A DNA stretch of 32,000 nucleotides from Desulfocapsa sulfexigens DSM 10523 (GCF_000341395.1 NC_020304.1:3120001-3152000), one strand, 5' to 3'; positions 16,452-25,493 are shown, counted from the stretch's first letter. Translations and numbers: made by a program. The notes: generated by a model from the letters alone, not told the origin.

Positions 16452-17941
16452 CTGGTTTCCTCATCAAGAAGTCCTTTGCAGAAACGACATGGCTCAAAGC
16501 CTGAATCCATAGCAACCTGGGTGTTAATAAATTCAATTGTACAATTTTTACAGTAGTAAAACTCACACCCAGGTACATGGAATATGTGACTATTGACATT
16601 TCCATGAATTGTACCCTCCGTTAAGTAGTCAACTCCTGTCATTATTGACGTTTTTGTGACAGGAGGCGGATTGGATGGTTGTGAAAGAGGAACAGGAATA
16701 CTGTCAGATTTTTCCATGGGTTTCTTGAATGGCCTTAAGATCTTGCTAAAGAAGGGTAGAACAATGTTATCCAGAAAAGCTATTGATCTGTTTGTTACGA
16801 AATGGGGGATAACTGGCTGCTCATTGGATGCCTGTTTAACAAAATAAAGGGTTAGGACAAGGAAAATTAGATTTGGAGTCCACATGGCGACAATTACTGG
16901 TAATCCTGTGTCTTCTGCGAGGGTTTTGCCAAGGGTGAATAGAATGTAATAAAGAATAAAAAAAGCGAGTCCAAGCGGCACGCCAAGAGTTTTTTTCCCG
17001 GGTCCTGCCTGGAGGCCCAGTGGCATGCCAAGTAAGCTGAGAATAAAACAACCAACGGGTAATACCAGACGTTTATGGTAATGGATGAGTTTTTTACGTC
17101 CACCCGTGGTATCTCTACCAAAAATATCCGCTGTTTCCTGCAGTTGAGCCATTGTCATGGAAGCGGTTGAGAGTGTGGTGACATCTTCACCATCTAAAAC
17201 GGTTGGCGGTTGCAGAGGAATATTGATTGTATATTTGTCAAAATTGACAATTTGGGAATTGTCATTGTCAGGGCGATGAAGGCTCCCGTTTTCGAGGGTT
17301 ATTGTGACCAGCATGCTGTCTACTTCAGCCGTCATTGTGCCAGACCGAGCCATAGTGATAATCGGGTTGACCTGGCCTCGCATGTCGGAGACCCATACAT
17401 TATCCCATTTACCGGTCTCCTTATCAATCCTTTCAACGTGGACAACCAGATCACCTAAAGCCTCGGTAAACTGGTGTTCTTTGATTCCCTTGTCGATTTT
17501 TTCCTTTGCCACCTGAAACATGAGTTGTTTCATGGCAATTTCTGACTTTGGAATAAGAACTATTGAAAAATATGCTGTGAGTATTGCTATTGCAAGAGAA
17601 ACCATAAGAACTGGTGGGACCATTTGATAGAGACTGAGTCCACTTGCTTTAAAGGCCAGAATTTCTGTATCACTCGAGAGTCTTGTAAATGAGATGATTA
17701 CTCCCATCATGGCGGACATGGGGATGGAATAGAGGAACATATTGGGAAAGAGGTAGAGAAAGAGACGAACGAAATCAACAAAAGAGATTTCAAGTTCGAG
17801 GACAACATTTAAAAAGGGAATAAGCTTTACCAGGAAGAAGACACTGTTCATAATGACAAAACTTGCAAAGAACGGCGCAAGCATCTCTGTGGCCAGATAG
17901 CTATATAAAAGTTTAGGAAATTTTGCGCTTTTTATGGTCAT
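16448..17941 (-). CDS. LptF/LptG-family (YjgP/YjgQ) LPS export permease with C-terminal Ada-like Zn-binding extension
   Basis: 497 aa. The N-terminus LLYSYLATEMLAPFFASFVIMNSVFFLVKLIPFLN, six TM segments and a periplasmic beta-jellyroll region are typical of LptF/G. The extra ~110 aa tail ends in SHIFHVPGCEFYYCKNCTIEFINTQVAMDSGFEPCRFC. Confidence 0.8.
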   Translation of the reverse strand: MTIKSAKFPKLLYSYLATEMLAPFFASFVIMNSVFFLVKLIPFLNVVLELEISFVDFVRLFLYLFPNMFLYSIPMSAMMGVIISFTRLSSDTEILAFKASGLSLYQMVPPVLMVSLAIAILTAYFSIVLIPKSEIAMKQLMFQVAKEKIDKGIKEHQFTEALGDLVVHVERIDKETGKWDNVWVSDMRGQVNPIITMARSGTMTAEVDSMLVTITLENGSLHRPDNDNSQIVNFDKYTINIPLQPPTVLDGEDVTTLSTASMTMAQLQETADIFGRDTTGGRKKLIHYHKRLVLPVGCFILSLLGMPLGLQAGPGKKTLGVPLGLAFFILYYILFTLGKTLAEDTGLPVIVAMWTPNLIFLVLTLYFVKQASNEQPVIPHFVTNRSIAFLDNIVLPFFSKILRPFKKPMEKSDSIPVPLSQPSNPPPVTKTSIMTGVDYLTEGTIHGNVNSHIFHVPGCEFYYCKNCTIEFINTQVAMDSGFEPCRFCKGLLDEETS

Positions 17942-18146
17942 CTTCTGTCTTTGTCTTTATGAATTGTATGGATATGCGATATTCAACAACTGAAGCGTCA
18001 GAGTGTACAGAAAAATAGATAAGGTAACAAGAAAGATCTTTGTCCGTAGCGCAAAGCTTGTGAAAAATTGACAGATAAGGTAATCAGGCACAGGTTATGA
18101 TGAAAAGTGTTTAGCTATATATATCAGTTCGACGAAGGAGAGGAGT

Positions 18147-18317
18147 ATGCACTTATTTGAGACAGAAGAAGAGGGCGATATCTGGGTTTGTATCGCCTGT
18201 GGCAGGGAGCGTGAGGAGGAGATTAAGGCCAAAAACTGGGAATATCTTTTTGATCGGGATGACCCTGAACTTCGGTGCAAATTATGTGGCGGCCCCGATT
18301 ATGAAGTAGAAGATTAA
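18147..18317 (+). CDS. 56-aa acidic zinc-ribbon protein (not in ORF track)
   Basis: My own translation is MHLFETEEEGDIWVCIACGREREEEIKAKNWEYLFDRDDPELRCKLCGGPDYEVED. The RBS GAAGGAGAGGAG lies directly upstream. It has CxxC...CxxC and fills an otherwise 445-bp gap. Confidence 0.5.
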   Translation: MHLFETEEEGDIWVCIACGREREEEIKAKNWEYLFDRDDPELRCKLCGGPDYEVED

Positions 18318-18386
18318 CCTGTCCCTGTCAATAAGGATATCTTCATCGGAAGGCGTACTCTGCGAATAATCCAATGAAGATTTTTC

Positions 18387-19775
18387 CTAGAATTTTGCAT
18401 CAACCAGTGGCCCATCAATGGTTACATCTATCCAGTGCTGATCCCACCATTCTTTTGGGGTCACAAATATTCCGTTTACCAGCATTGAAAAATGGAGATG
18501 GTCACCACCAGCCATGCCACTGGTTCCAGAATGACCGAGTATGTCTCCTTTATTGAGGCTGTCGCCAACGGCAACATTGATCTGGCTCAGGTGTGAATAG
18601 AGACTGAATACTCCCTGTCCATGATCGAGCATCACCATATTTCCGTATATTCCAAGATATTCTCCAAAAATAACCTTTCCTGATCCAGCCGCTTTTATTC
18701 TGACATGCTGTGTTGAAGCAATGTCCATTCCAAGGTGAACCTGATTGTCTATGGCTTTGTCTTGATAATAATAGGTGCGGTGATCCGCAAAACCGGCTCT
18801 ACCACTTCCAGCCATGCGAAGAAAACTCCCGGACCATAATCGTTTTGGGTCAGGGTTCATACAAAGATCATGGATTTTCTGATTGTTCAACTCCCTGACA
18901 GTTCGGTTGGTGTAGAGGTATTTTTGAACAAGATCACCTTCCATTTCAGGATAATGCTCTTCAAATTCAGGGATTTTAGTGTTCAGGAAATTATCTCCAA
19001 TATTGATTCTGTCCTGTTTTAGATTTTTCTTTTTTAGTACCGGGGTAAATGGTTTTACAGTTCTATTTCCTGCACCATCCTCTGCAATGACTACAGATTC
19101 GTTGATTGTCTCGGCGAAGTGCGGAACTGCTATATAGGATATGAATTTGAAGTCCGAACCATCGGTGACGGGAAATCCGGGATGGTAGGTATCATTTATC
19201 TTTACTCCTTGTTTTACCGAATCTTCGGCACGATATACAACAATACCAGCACCGCCTACCTGGATGTATCTTTCACTGTGGATAATACTAACTTTTGGAG
19301 GCTTGGTATCAATAGTCACTGGATGGAGCAGTTCGGTTGAGTTTCCCTTTAAAAGCCCTCGTAATGAATAATCTCTAGCTGTAATTTTGAGTGTAGCTTG
19401 GCCTTCCTTGAATTTTTTGGTATCGATGGTCAGGCTGATGTCTTCACTTGCAGTTCCACCACTGCCATTTTTTCCGGGGCGGGAAAATTCTTTTGAAAGA
19501 AGGATTTTTTCTGTGTTTTTCTGTATCAGCAGTATCTGTATAGAGCGAAGCCCACTCTTCTGGTCACTGACGGTAAATGATAAAGGTGTTTCTTTACCAA
19601 TATATGAAGGAAGAGTGTCTGCAACGATTAATGGTTTTTCACCCTCAAACCATGTAATAAAAGCATACCCTCCAGCAGCAGCGAGTATCATAAAGATAAT
19701 TAGAAAAAATGGAAATGATGATCGTTTCTTTCTGTGACTGTTTTGCAGTAGGGTCATGGCGTTGTCTCGGGGCAA
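18387..19775 (-). CDS. membrane-anchored M23/LytM-family metallopeptidase
   Basis: 462 aa with an N-terminal TM anchor. The C-terminal region reads HLGMDIAS...GNMVMLDHGQGVFSLYSHLS...GHSGTSGMAGGDHLHFSM (HxxxD and HxH motifs). The start may instead be the ATG at 19757. Confidence 0.85.
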   Translation of the reverse strand: MPRDNAMTLLQNSHRKKRSSFPFFLIIFMILAAAGGYAFITWFEGEKPLIVADTLPSYIGKETPLSFTVSDQKSGLRSIQILLIQKNTEKILLSKEFSRPGKNGSGGTASEDISLTIDTKKFKEGQATLKITARDYSLRGLLKGNSTELLHPVTIDTKPPKVSIIHSERYIQVGGAGIVVYRAEDSVKQGVKINDTYHPGFPVTDGSDFKFISYIAVPHFAETINESVVIAEDGAGNRTVKPFTPVLKKKNLKQDRINIGDNFLNTKIPEFEEHYPEMEGDLVQKYLYTNRTVRELNNQKIHDLCMNPDPKRLWSGSFLRMAGSGRAGFADHRTYYYQDKAIDNQVHLGMDIASTQHVRIKAAGSGKVIFGEYLGIYGNMVMLDHGQGVFSLYSHLSQINVAVGDSLNKGDILGHSGTSGMAGGDHLHFSMLVNGIFVTPKEWWDQHWIDVTIDGPLVDAKF

Positions 19776-19814
19776 TATAGAATGTGTTTCATGGGAGTAA
19801 TTCTACAGTGAAGA

Positions 19815-21347
19815 CTAATCCCACAGAATGTCATATTTTTCAATGTGGAGCTCTTTACTGGGAATGATGGTGAGTCGTTTTCCTATATCTCGTTCAAGCT
19901 CACAGGTCACTGCCTCTTCCTCTTTAAGAAGCATATCAGCGACGCGGGGGTGAACATTGAGCGTGATCTTATCTCCATGGTAATTACGAGCTTTTCTGGA
20001 TATTTTACGATAAATTTCGTAGCAGATAGTACGTCTGGATTTCAGAACACCTTCACCTGCACAATAATGACAGGGCTCACACATCATCTGGTTAAGATTT
20101 TCACAACTGCGTTTGCGGGTCATCTGGACCAGGCCAAATTCGGTAAGTTTCAAGATATTGATGCGGCTTTTATCTTTTTTTACCGCCTCCTTGAATGATG
20201 TGAAGAGTTCTTCACGATGCTCTTCTTCTTCCATATCAATGAAATCAATAATAATAATTCCACCGATGTTCCGTAACCTGAGCTGATAGGCAATCTCTTT
20301 TACAGCCTCAATGTTTGTCTTGAAAATGGTTTCTTCAAGATCATTTTTACCAACAAATCGCCCGGTATTTACATCAATAACTGAAAGAGCTTCGGTGGTT
20401 TCAATTATTATATAACCTCCTGAACGCAGCCAGACTTTCTTGTCGAGGGCTCGGCTTATCTCAACATCTATGCCATGGGCTTCAAAGAGAGGAGAGTCCC
20501 CCTTATAAATGGATATACGATTTTGAAGTTTTGGGGCAAAGGTTTTGACAAATTTAAGCAGTTTGTCATAGGTCTTCTGGTCATCCAGGATAAGGCTGCT
20601 GACTTCAGCTGTAAACAGGTCTCTCACGGAACGGAATGTTATATCAAGGTCCTCATAAATCATAACAGGGATAGTCGTGATCCGTTCAGAAATGTCCTGG
20701 ATTTCATCCCAGAGAAGGAGAAGAAACTCCATGTCTGCTTCAAGTTCTTCCAGTGTTGCATTTTCCGCCACGGTGCGCACAATAAAACCAGTTCCTGTAG
20801 GGCGCAAAGATTCTATACGCTCTTTCAAGGTGTTACGGATGTTGTCATCCTGTATTTTTCTTGAAATACCAATGTGGTCGGTAAGAGGCATAAATACAAG
20901 ATTTCTGCATGGCAGAGTTATATGACAGGTCAGTCTGGCCCCTTTGGTTCCAATTGGGTCTTTTCCTACCTGAACGGTGATCTCTTGCCCTTCGGTCAGC
21001 AGGTCTTCAATGCTTACCCCTGGAGAACGATTCATATCGGCTTCTGGTGTTGATGAAGCGAATTCAAGTTTGCCGCAGGGGTTTCCCCTGTTCATCAGCC
21101 TGGCATCTAAATCAACATTTGAAATATAAACATCATCCACATACAAAAAGCCGGTTCTTTCCAGACCAATATCGACAAAGGCGGCCTGCATTCCTGGAAG
21201 TACCCTTACTACCCGGCCACGATAAATATTTCCGACCAGGCCCTTTTCCGTTGGACGCTGGAGGTGAAATTCGGCAAGATGGCCATTTTCAACCAGTGCT
21301 ATACGAACTTCGTAGCTTGTCGAATTAATTAATATTTCACTGCTCAT
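19815..21347 (-). CDS. rng: ribonuclease G / RNase E-G family endoribonuclease
   Basis: 510 aa. The S1 domain reads GNIYRGRVVRVLPGMQAAFVDIGLERTGFLYV. The catalytic core includes IIIDFIDM and VIDVNTG. Confidence 0.9.
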   Translation of the reverse strand: MSSEILINSTSYEVRIALVENGHLAEFHLQRPTEKGLVGNIYRGRVVRVLPGMQAAFVDIGLERTGFLYVDDVYISNVDLDARLMNRGNPCGKLEFASSTPEADMNRSPGVSIEDLLTEGQEITVQVGKDPIGTKGARLTCHITLPCRNLVFMPLTDHIGISRKIQDDNIRNTLKERIESLRPTGTGFIVRTVAENATLEELEADMEFLLLLWDEIQDISERITTIPVMIYEDLDITFRSVRDLFTAEVSSLILDDQKTYDKLLKFVKTFAPKLQNRISIYKGDSPLFEAHGIDVEISRALDKKVWLRSGGYIIIETTEALSVIDVNTGRFVGKNDLEETIFKTNIEAVKEIAYQLRLRNIGGIIIIDFIDMEEEEHREELFTSFKEAVKKDKSRINILKLTEFGLVQMTRKRSCENLNQMMCEPCHYCAGEGVLKSRRTICYEIYRKISRKARNYHGDKITLNVHPRVADMLLKEEEAVTCELERDIGKRLTIIPSKELHIEKYDILWD

Positions 21348-21479
21348 GTGGTGTTTTATCCGGATTCGTCTGTTTATACTAATATAGGATGTCTGCTTAT
21401 ATTGAAAAGCTCATAGATATACAGTATTTTGCAGGATAAATCTTCCCCTAATTCTAAAAATGCCACCAATCGATTTGAT

Positions 21480-22391
21480 ATGACCGGAATTTCTGTAATA
21501 ATCCCAACCTATAACAGGGTATCTTTTTTGGGTCGTGCTTTAGATTCGGTTCGTCGTCAAACCATGGCATGTGATGAGATTATTGTAGTGGATGATGGTT
21601 CCAGCGATGCCACCTATGAGATTGTTGACACTTTTGCAAGAGAGTGTGAGGTGCCGGTTCACTACATTTTTCAGGAAAACGGTGGCCCTGCCAGGGCAAG
21701 AAATACTGGAATAGGTATTGCGAAATTCAGCCACATTGCCTTTCTTGATTCTGATGATCATTGGCTGAAAAACAAATTGAAGCTTCAATTTGATGGACTT
21801 GCTGGTAACCCTGATATGGTTATTTCCCATACTCATGAACGCTGGTATCGGCGTGGAATCCATTTGAATCAGAAAAAAATCCATCAACCGCGCAGTGGTA
21901 ATATTTTTAAGCACTGCCTCCAACTCTGTGCGGTCGGAATGTCAACGGTAATGGTTAAAAAGGAGCTTTTTAACACAGTGGGCCTGTTCAATGAAGAGTT
22001 TCGCTGCTGTGAAGACTATGATATGTGGCTTCGTGTCGCCAGTAAGTTCCCCTTTCTTTTGATTCCCTCTCCACTTACCATTAAGGAGGGGGGGCGAGAC
22101 GATCAGGTATCTTATCAATTCAGGATAGGAATGGATAAGCTCCGGATTACTGCAATTAATGATCTTCTAGCCAGTAGTTCTCTCACAGGAGAACAGACCC
22201 TCTGGTCGCTTGAAGAATTACGCCGAAAGTGTCATGTTTACGGCAAGGGGTGTATAAAGCACAGGCGAATTGTCGAGGGGGAACGATATCTTGCTCTTGG
22301 ACAATGGGCTGAGAAGAATATCGCCCGTTTTTCTAGGGGTGCTTCCACTATTTCTGAAACAACAATTAAACTATCCGCACTGCAAATATGA
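21480..22391 (+). CDS. family 2 glycosyltransferase (soluble)
   Basis: The sequence MTGISVIIPTYNRVSFLGRALDSV...IIVVDDGSSD...FLDSDD...CEDYDMWLR shows GT2 DxD and ED motifs. The ORF track starts it at a TTG at 21429. I prefer the ATG at 21480, but neither start has an obvious SD sequence. Confidence 0.8.
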   Translation: MTGISVIIPTYNRVSFLGRALDSVRRQTMACDEIIVVDDGSSDATYEIVDTFARECEVPVHYIFQENGGPARARNTGIGIAKFSHIAFLDSDDHWLKNKLKLQFDGLAGNPDMVISHTHERWYRRGIHLNQKKIHQPRSGNIFKHCLQLCAVGMSTVMVKKELFNTVGLFNEEFRCCEDYDMWLRVASKFPFLLIPSPLTIKEGGRDDQVSYQFRIGMDKLRITAINDLLASSSLTGEQTLWSLEELRRKCHVYGKGCIKHRRIVEGERYLALGQWAEKNIARFSRGASTISETTIKLSALQI

Positions 22392-23509
22392 AACAACCGC
22401 GTTCCTGGAAAGATCCTTCGATATACTTGACCGAAATCCATGTTGAAGAATCATGCATGGAACTCGAATATACTCATCAAATTCTTGAAAGAGCAAATCT
22501 TCCCCATAGGGTGATACCTGACCGATCTGACCCCGAGGGGATTGAAGGAGAATATCCTGAAAATCTCATTCAGGGCAAGCATCATCTGTTACTAAGTAAA
22601 AATCGTGGCCATTTCTTCAAGCCGTGTCCCGGCACCAGAGAATATCGTTGCTGCGATTACCAGGTTTTAAATATTGGTATGGGTTGCCCCATGGACTGTG
22701 TCTATTGCATCCTCCAGGCCTACCTGAATAAGCCGTGGTTGACATTTTTTGTAAATAGTAGTGATTTGCTTGGTGAAATGAACGCTGCCTTCAGGGCTGA
22801 ACCTGATCGTTTTTTCCGCATTGGGACCGGCGAATTTACCGATTCAATGGCGCTGGACAGAATCACATGTCTCAGTCCTCAGCTTGTCGAATTTATGGCA
22901 GACAAGAGCCAGGCAGTACTTGAACTCAAGACCAAAAGTGCAGTGATTGAAAACTTAAGAGATCTGAAACATAATGGCAGGATCATACTCGCCTGGTCAT
23001 TAAACAGTACCAGCGTTATGCAAAAGGAAGAAATCAGGACGGCGACCCTCGAAGAACGACTGGCTGCAGCCGCTCAGTGTGCTCAGTGGGGCTATAAACT
23101 CGCCTTTCATTTTGATCCGATCATAGATCATCCCGGTTGGGAAAATGGATATGAAGAAACGATCACCCGTTTGTATCAGCTCGTCCCGGCCGAGCAGATC
23201 GTATGGATATCCCTGGGAGCGTTACGGTACCTGCCTGCCCTCAAAACCATTGGAACGGAGAGGTTTCCTCATTCAAGGATTTTTTATCAGGAATTTATTG
23301 AAGGACTGGATAACAAAAAACGTTATTTTCGTCCAAGAAGGGTTGCTCTCTATACCCATATTTATTCACTTCTCAAAAAATATGCCGCACCACAAACCTG
23401 TATCTACTTTTGCATGGAAAGCGATGAGATATGGCGGGAGGTGATGGGCTTTACTCCAGAGGAGAAAGGAGGCATTCCGCTCATGCTTGACCGAACAGTG
23501 AACGGTTGA
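22388..23509 (+). CDS. radical SAM enzyme of the spore-photoproduct-lyase (SplB, COG1533-like) family
   Basis: 373 aa. It has the CxxxCxxC cluster CPMDCVYC and the motif RIGTGEFTDSMALD. Length and layout resemble SP-lyase-like proteins. The ATG overlaps the GT2 stop (ATGA). Confidence 0.65.
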   Translation: MKQPRSWKDPSIYLTEIHVEESCMELEYTHQILERANLPHRVIPDRSDPEGIEGEYPENLIQGKHHLLLSKNRGHFFKPCPGTREYRCCDYQVLNIGMGCPMDCVYCILQAYLNKPWLTFFVNSSDLLGEMNAAFRAEPDRFFRIGTGEFTDSMALDRITCLSPQLVEFMADKSQAVLELKTKSAVIENLRDLKHNGRIILAWSLNSTSVMQKEEIRTATLEERLAAAAQCAQWGYKLAFHFDPIIDHPGWENGYEETITRLYQLVPAEQIVWISLGALRYLPALKTIGTERFPHSRIFYQEFIEGLDNKKRYFRPRRVALYTHIYSLLKKYAAPQTCIYFCMESDEIWREVMGFTPEEKGGIPLMLDRTVNG

Positions 23510-23649
23510 AAAAATGAAATTTTCCTAGCCTAATAGAAGGGGCTTATGGTATTCATTAGACTCGTTCTATCTGGAAGACATTTTACTCGAAGCTATCCCT
23601 CTTTCTTGATAAAAACCCTATAAAACATGAGATTCACATCGGAGGAAAT

Positions 23650-24081
23650 ATGATCAACAAAGCAATGCTTATTGGAAATCTTGGTGCTGACCCGGAGATT
23701 CGTTACACTCAGGAAGGTACCCCCGTTGCCACTTTCAATATCGCCACCACTGAACGGTGGACAGATAAAAGTGGGCAAAAACAGGATTCCACAGAATGGC
23801 ACCGTATTGTGGCCTGGCGTAAACTTGCTGAGATTTGTGGCGAGTACCTCCATAAGGGGTCCAAAGTGTATATTGAAGGCAAAATTCAGACTCGTAAATG
23901 GCAGGATCAGAGTGGAAACGACAGGTATACAACTGAAATTGTTGCTCGTGAAATGAAGATGCTTGATTCCAGAGGTGATGGAGGAGGCAGTAATGCTGGA
24001 TTTGGAGAACCACCTCTTCCAGATGCGCCTTCTGACTCAAGCTTTGGTGGTGGTGGAACGGGTGATGATGTGCCCTTCTAG
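23650..24081 (+). CDS. ssb: single-stranded DNA-binding protein
   Basis: 143 aa. The OB fold reads [37 protein letters not shown]...EWHRIVAW. It has a Gly-rich tail ending in the acidic tip DDVPF. Confidence 0.95.
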   Translation: MINKAMLIGNLGADPEIRYTQEGTPVATFNIATTERWTDKSGQKQDSTEWHRIVAWRKLAEICGEYLHKGSKVYIEGKIQTRKWQDQSGNDRYTTEIVAREMKMLDSRGDGGGSNAGFGEPPLPDAPSDSSFGGGGTGDDVPF

Positions 24082-24106
24082 TCAGCACTAAAAAAGCTTA
24101 TTTGCA

Positions 24107-24150
24107 AGCCCAGAAACCTTATTCAACAAGGATTCTGGGCTTTTTATTTT
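24107..24150 (+). terminator. rho-independent terminator of ssb
   Basis: agcccagaa (24107-24115) pairs with ttctgggct (24133-24141), with an inner cctt/aagg pairing, followed by TTTTTATTTT. Confidence 0.75.
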
Positions 24151-24420
24151 GAATGCAACACTCAAAAGAGACCGCTAAGAGACATCCTGGTTGTTTTTCA
24201 ACCATTTCTGATTGATCTGCTTATCTCTACCTTTACCCTGTATTGCTTTAATTCCCTTGTTCAGCAAATCAAGAAGTTCAGGTTTTAATTTTTCTGATGG
24301 ATATAGCCTAGAGGTTCTATGTTGTTTTTTTTTTGTTTTTAATACAGAAAATAAGGTGTTGTCAGTTAAAAAAAAATTGAATCATACGTGCCATATTTAC
24401 CACTTTTCTTTTTTTTACCT

Positions 24421-24452
24421 CCCTTGACGATAGCTATTGCTGTTCCTATTGT
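24421..24452 (+). promoter_or_regulatory. candidate promoter of the DnaJ-like gene (sigma70-like, with partial sigma32-like -35 CCCTTGA)
   Basis: CCCTTGACG (the TTGACG hexamer is 24424-24429), a 17-nt spacer and TATTGT (24447-24452). The resemblance to a heat-shock promoter is partial only. Confidence 0.35.
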
Positions 24453-24569
24453 AGGATACAAATAATATAGGATATTTTGCTGAATTGACTTGGGGATTTA
24501 TGTGTATACTTTTTTTGTCAGGTCTTTTAGTAAGTTGATTTATGTAAATTGCAGGGAAAGGGAAAAACT

Positions 24570-25493
24570 ATGGAATATTATGATATATTAGGGGTGACGA
24601 AGGGTGCCTCTGCTCAGGAGATAAAAAAAGCCTATCGTAAAATGGCTTTGAAATACCATCCTGATAAAAATGCAGGAAACAAGGAGGCTGAAAACAAGTT
24701 TAAGGAAGTAAGTGAAGCCTACGCAGTACTTTCTGATCCCAAAAAGAAACAACAGTATGACACCTATGGCTCAACTGATTTTAGTCAGCGTTATTCTCAG
24801 GAAGACATCTTCAGGAATTTTAATATGGATGATATCCTTGGTCAGTTTGGATTTGGTGGAGGGGCTCGTGGAAGCAGCTTCAGATCTACCCCTGGAGGCG
24901 GCGGTTTCAGTTCGATTTTTGGTCAGACAGCAGGTGGAGGATGCGGCGGTGGAGGGTGTCACCCACCACCAAAAGGGCAGGACATAACCTATCAGTTGTC
25001 TGTGACGCTTGAAGATGTCCTCAACGGTGCAGAAAAGAACATTGCCTTAAGAAACAACGGAATGAGTAAAAATGTGAACGTTAAAGTTCCAAAAGGGATA
25101 GAGAGTGGAAAAAAACTCCGCTTAAAAGGGAAGGGTGGACAGGCTCCCAATGGTGGCAAACCCGGCGATCTTTTCCTGAAAATTGATGTCGTACCCCATA
25201 AATCCTATCAGCGGGATGGCGATAATCTGATTTTTGAGCGGAGAATTCCCTTCAGCCAGGCATGTCTAGGTGCCAAGGTAGACGTTGAGACGTTGGAAGG
25301 TAAAAAATTCAAGGTGAATGTTCCTCCGGGGATACAGGGCGACGCCAAGTTGAGATTGAAGGGATATGGTCTTCCTTCAGGTCCACACAGTGGTCGGGGG
25401 GATCTGTATGTGAAAGTGGCAGTTGATGTACCCAAAGAGCTGAATGAGGAGCAGCAGGAAGCGATCGCAAAACTACAGGAGTATGGACTATAA
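24570..25493 (+). CDS. DnaJ-family co-chaperone lacking the Zn-finger domain (CbpA-type)
   Basis: The J domain reads [34 protein letters not shown]. It is followed by a G/F-rich region and then the two C-terminal beta domains, with no CxxCxGxG repeats. The ORF track starts it at a TTG at 24549. The ATG at 24570 has the RBS AAGGGA. Confidence 0.85.
   Translation: MEYYDILGVTKGASAQEIKKAYRKMALKYHPDKNAGNKEAENKFKEVSEAYAVLSDPKKKQQYDTYGSTDFSQRYSQEDIFRNFNMDDILGQFGFGGGARGSSFRSTPGGGGFSSIFGQTAGGGCGGGGCHPPPKGQDITYQLSVTLEDVLNGAEKNIALRNNGMSKNVNVKVPKGIESGKKLRLKGKGGQAPNGGKPGDLFLKIDVVPHKSYQRDGDNLIFERRIPFSQACLGAKVDVETLEGKKFKVNVPPGIQGDAKLRLKGYGLPSGPHSGRGDLYVKVAVDVPKELNEEQQEAIAKLQEYGL

Noticed and set aside
18095-18280. 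61-aa minus-strand ORF from the track (MHRSSGSSRSKRYSQ...).
   Set aside because: It has no SD and a Ser/Arg-rich low-complexity composition. It overlaps the better-supported plus-strand Zn-ribbon ORF (18147-18317), which has a strong RBS.
24212-24427. 71-aa plus-strand ORF in the ssb / DnaJ-like intergenic region.
   Set aside because: It starts at a non-ATG codon, runs through T10 and A9 homopolymers, has a low-complexity Phe/Leu-rich product and has no RBS. I treat the region as non-coding.
21381-24473. 10-mer AATATAGGAT present about 100 nt upstream of both the GT2 gene (21381-21390) and the DnaJ-like gene (24464-24473).
   Set aside because: For an AT-rich 10-mer, several chance matches are expected among all intergenic pairs in 32 kb. 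There is no additional flanking similarity.
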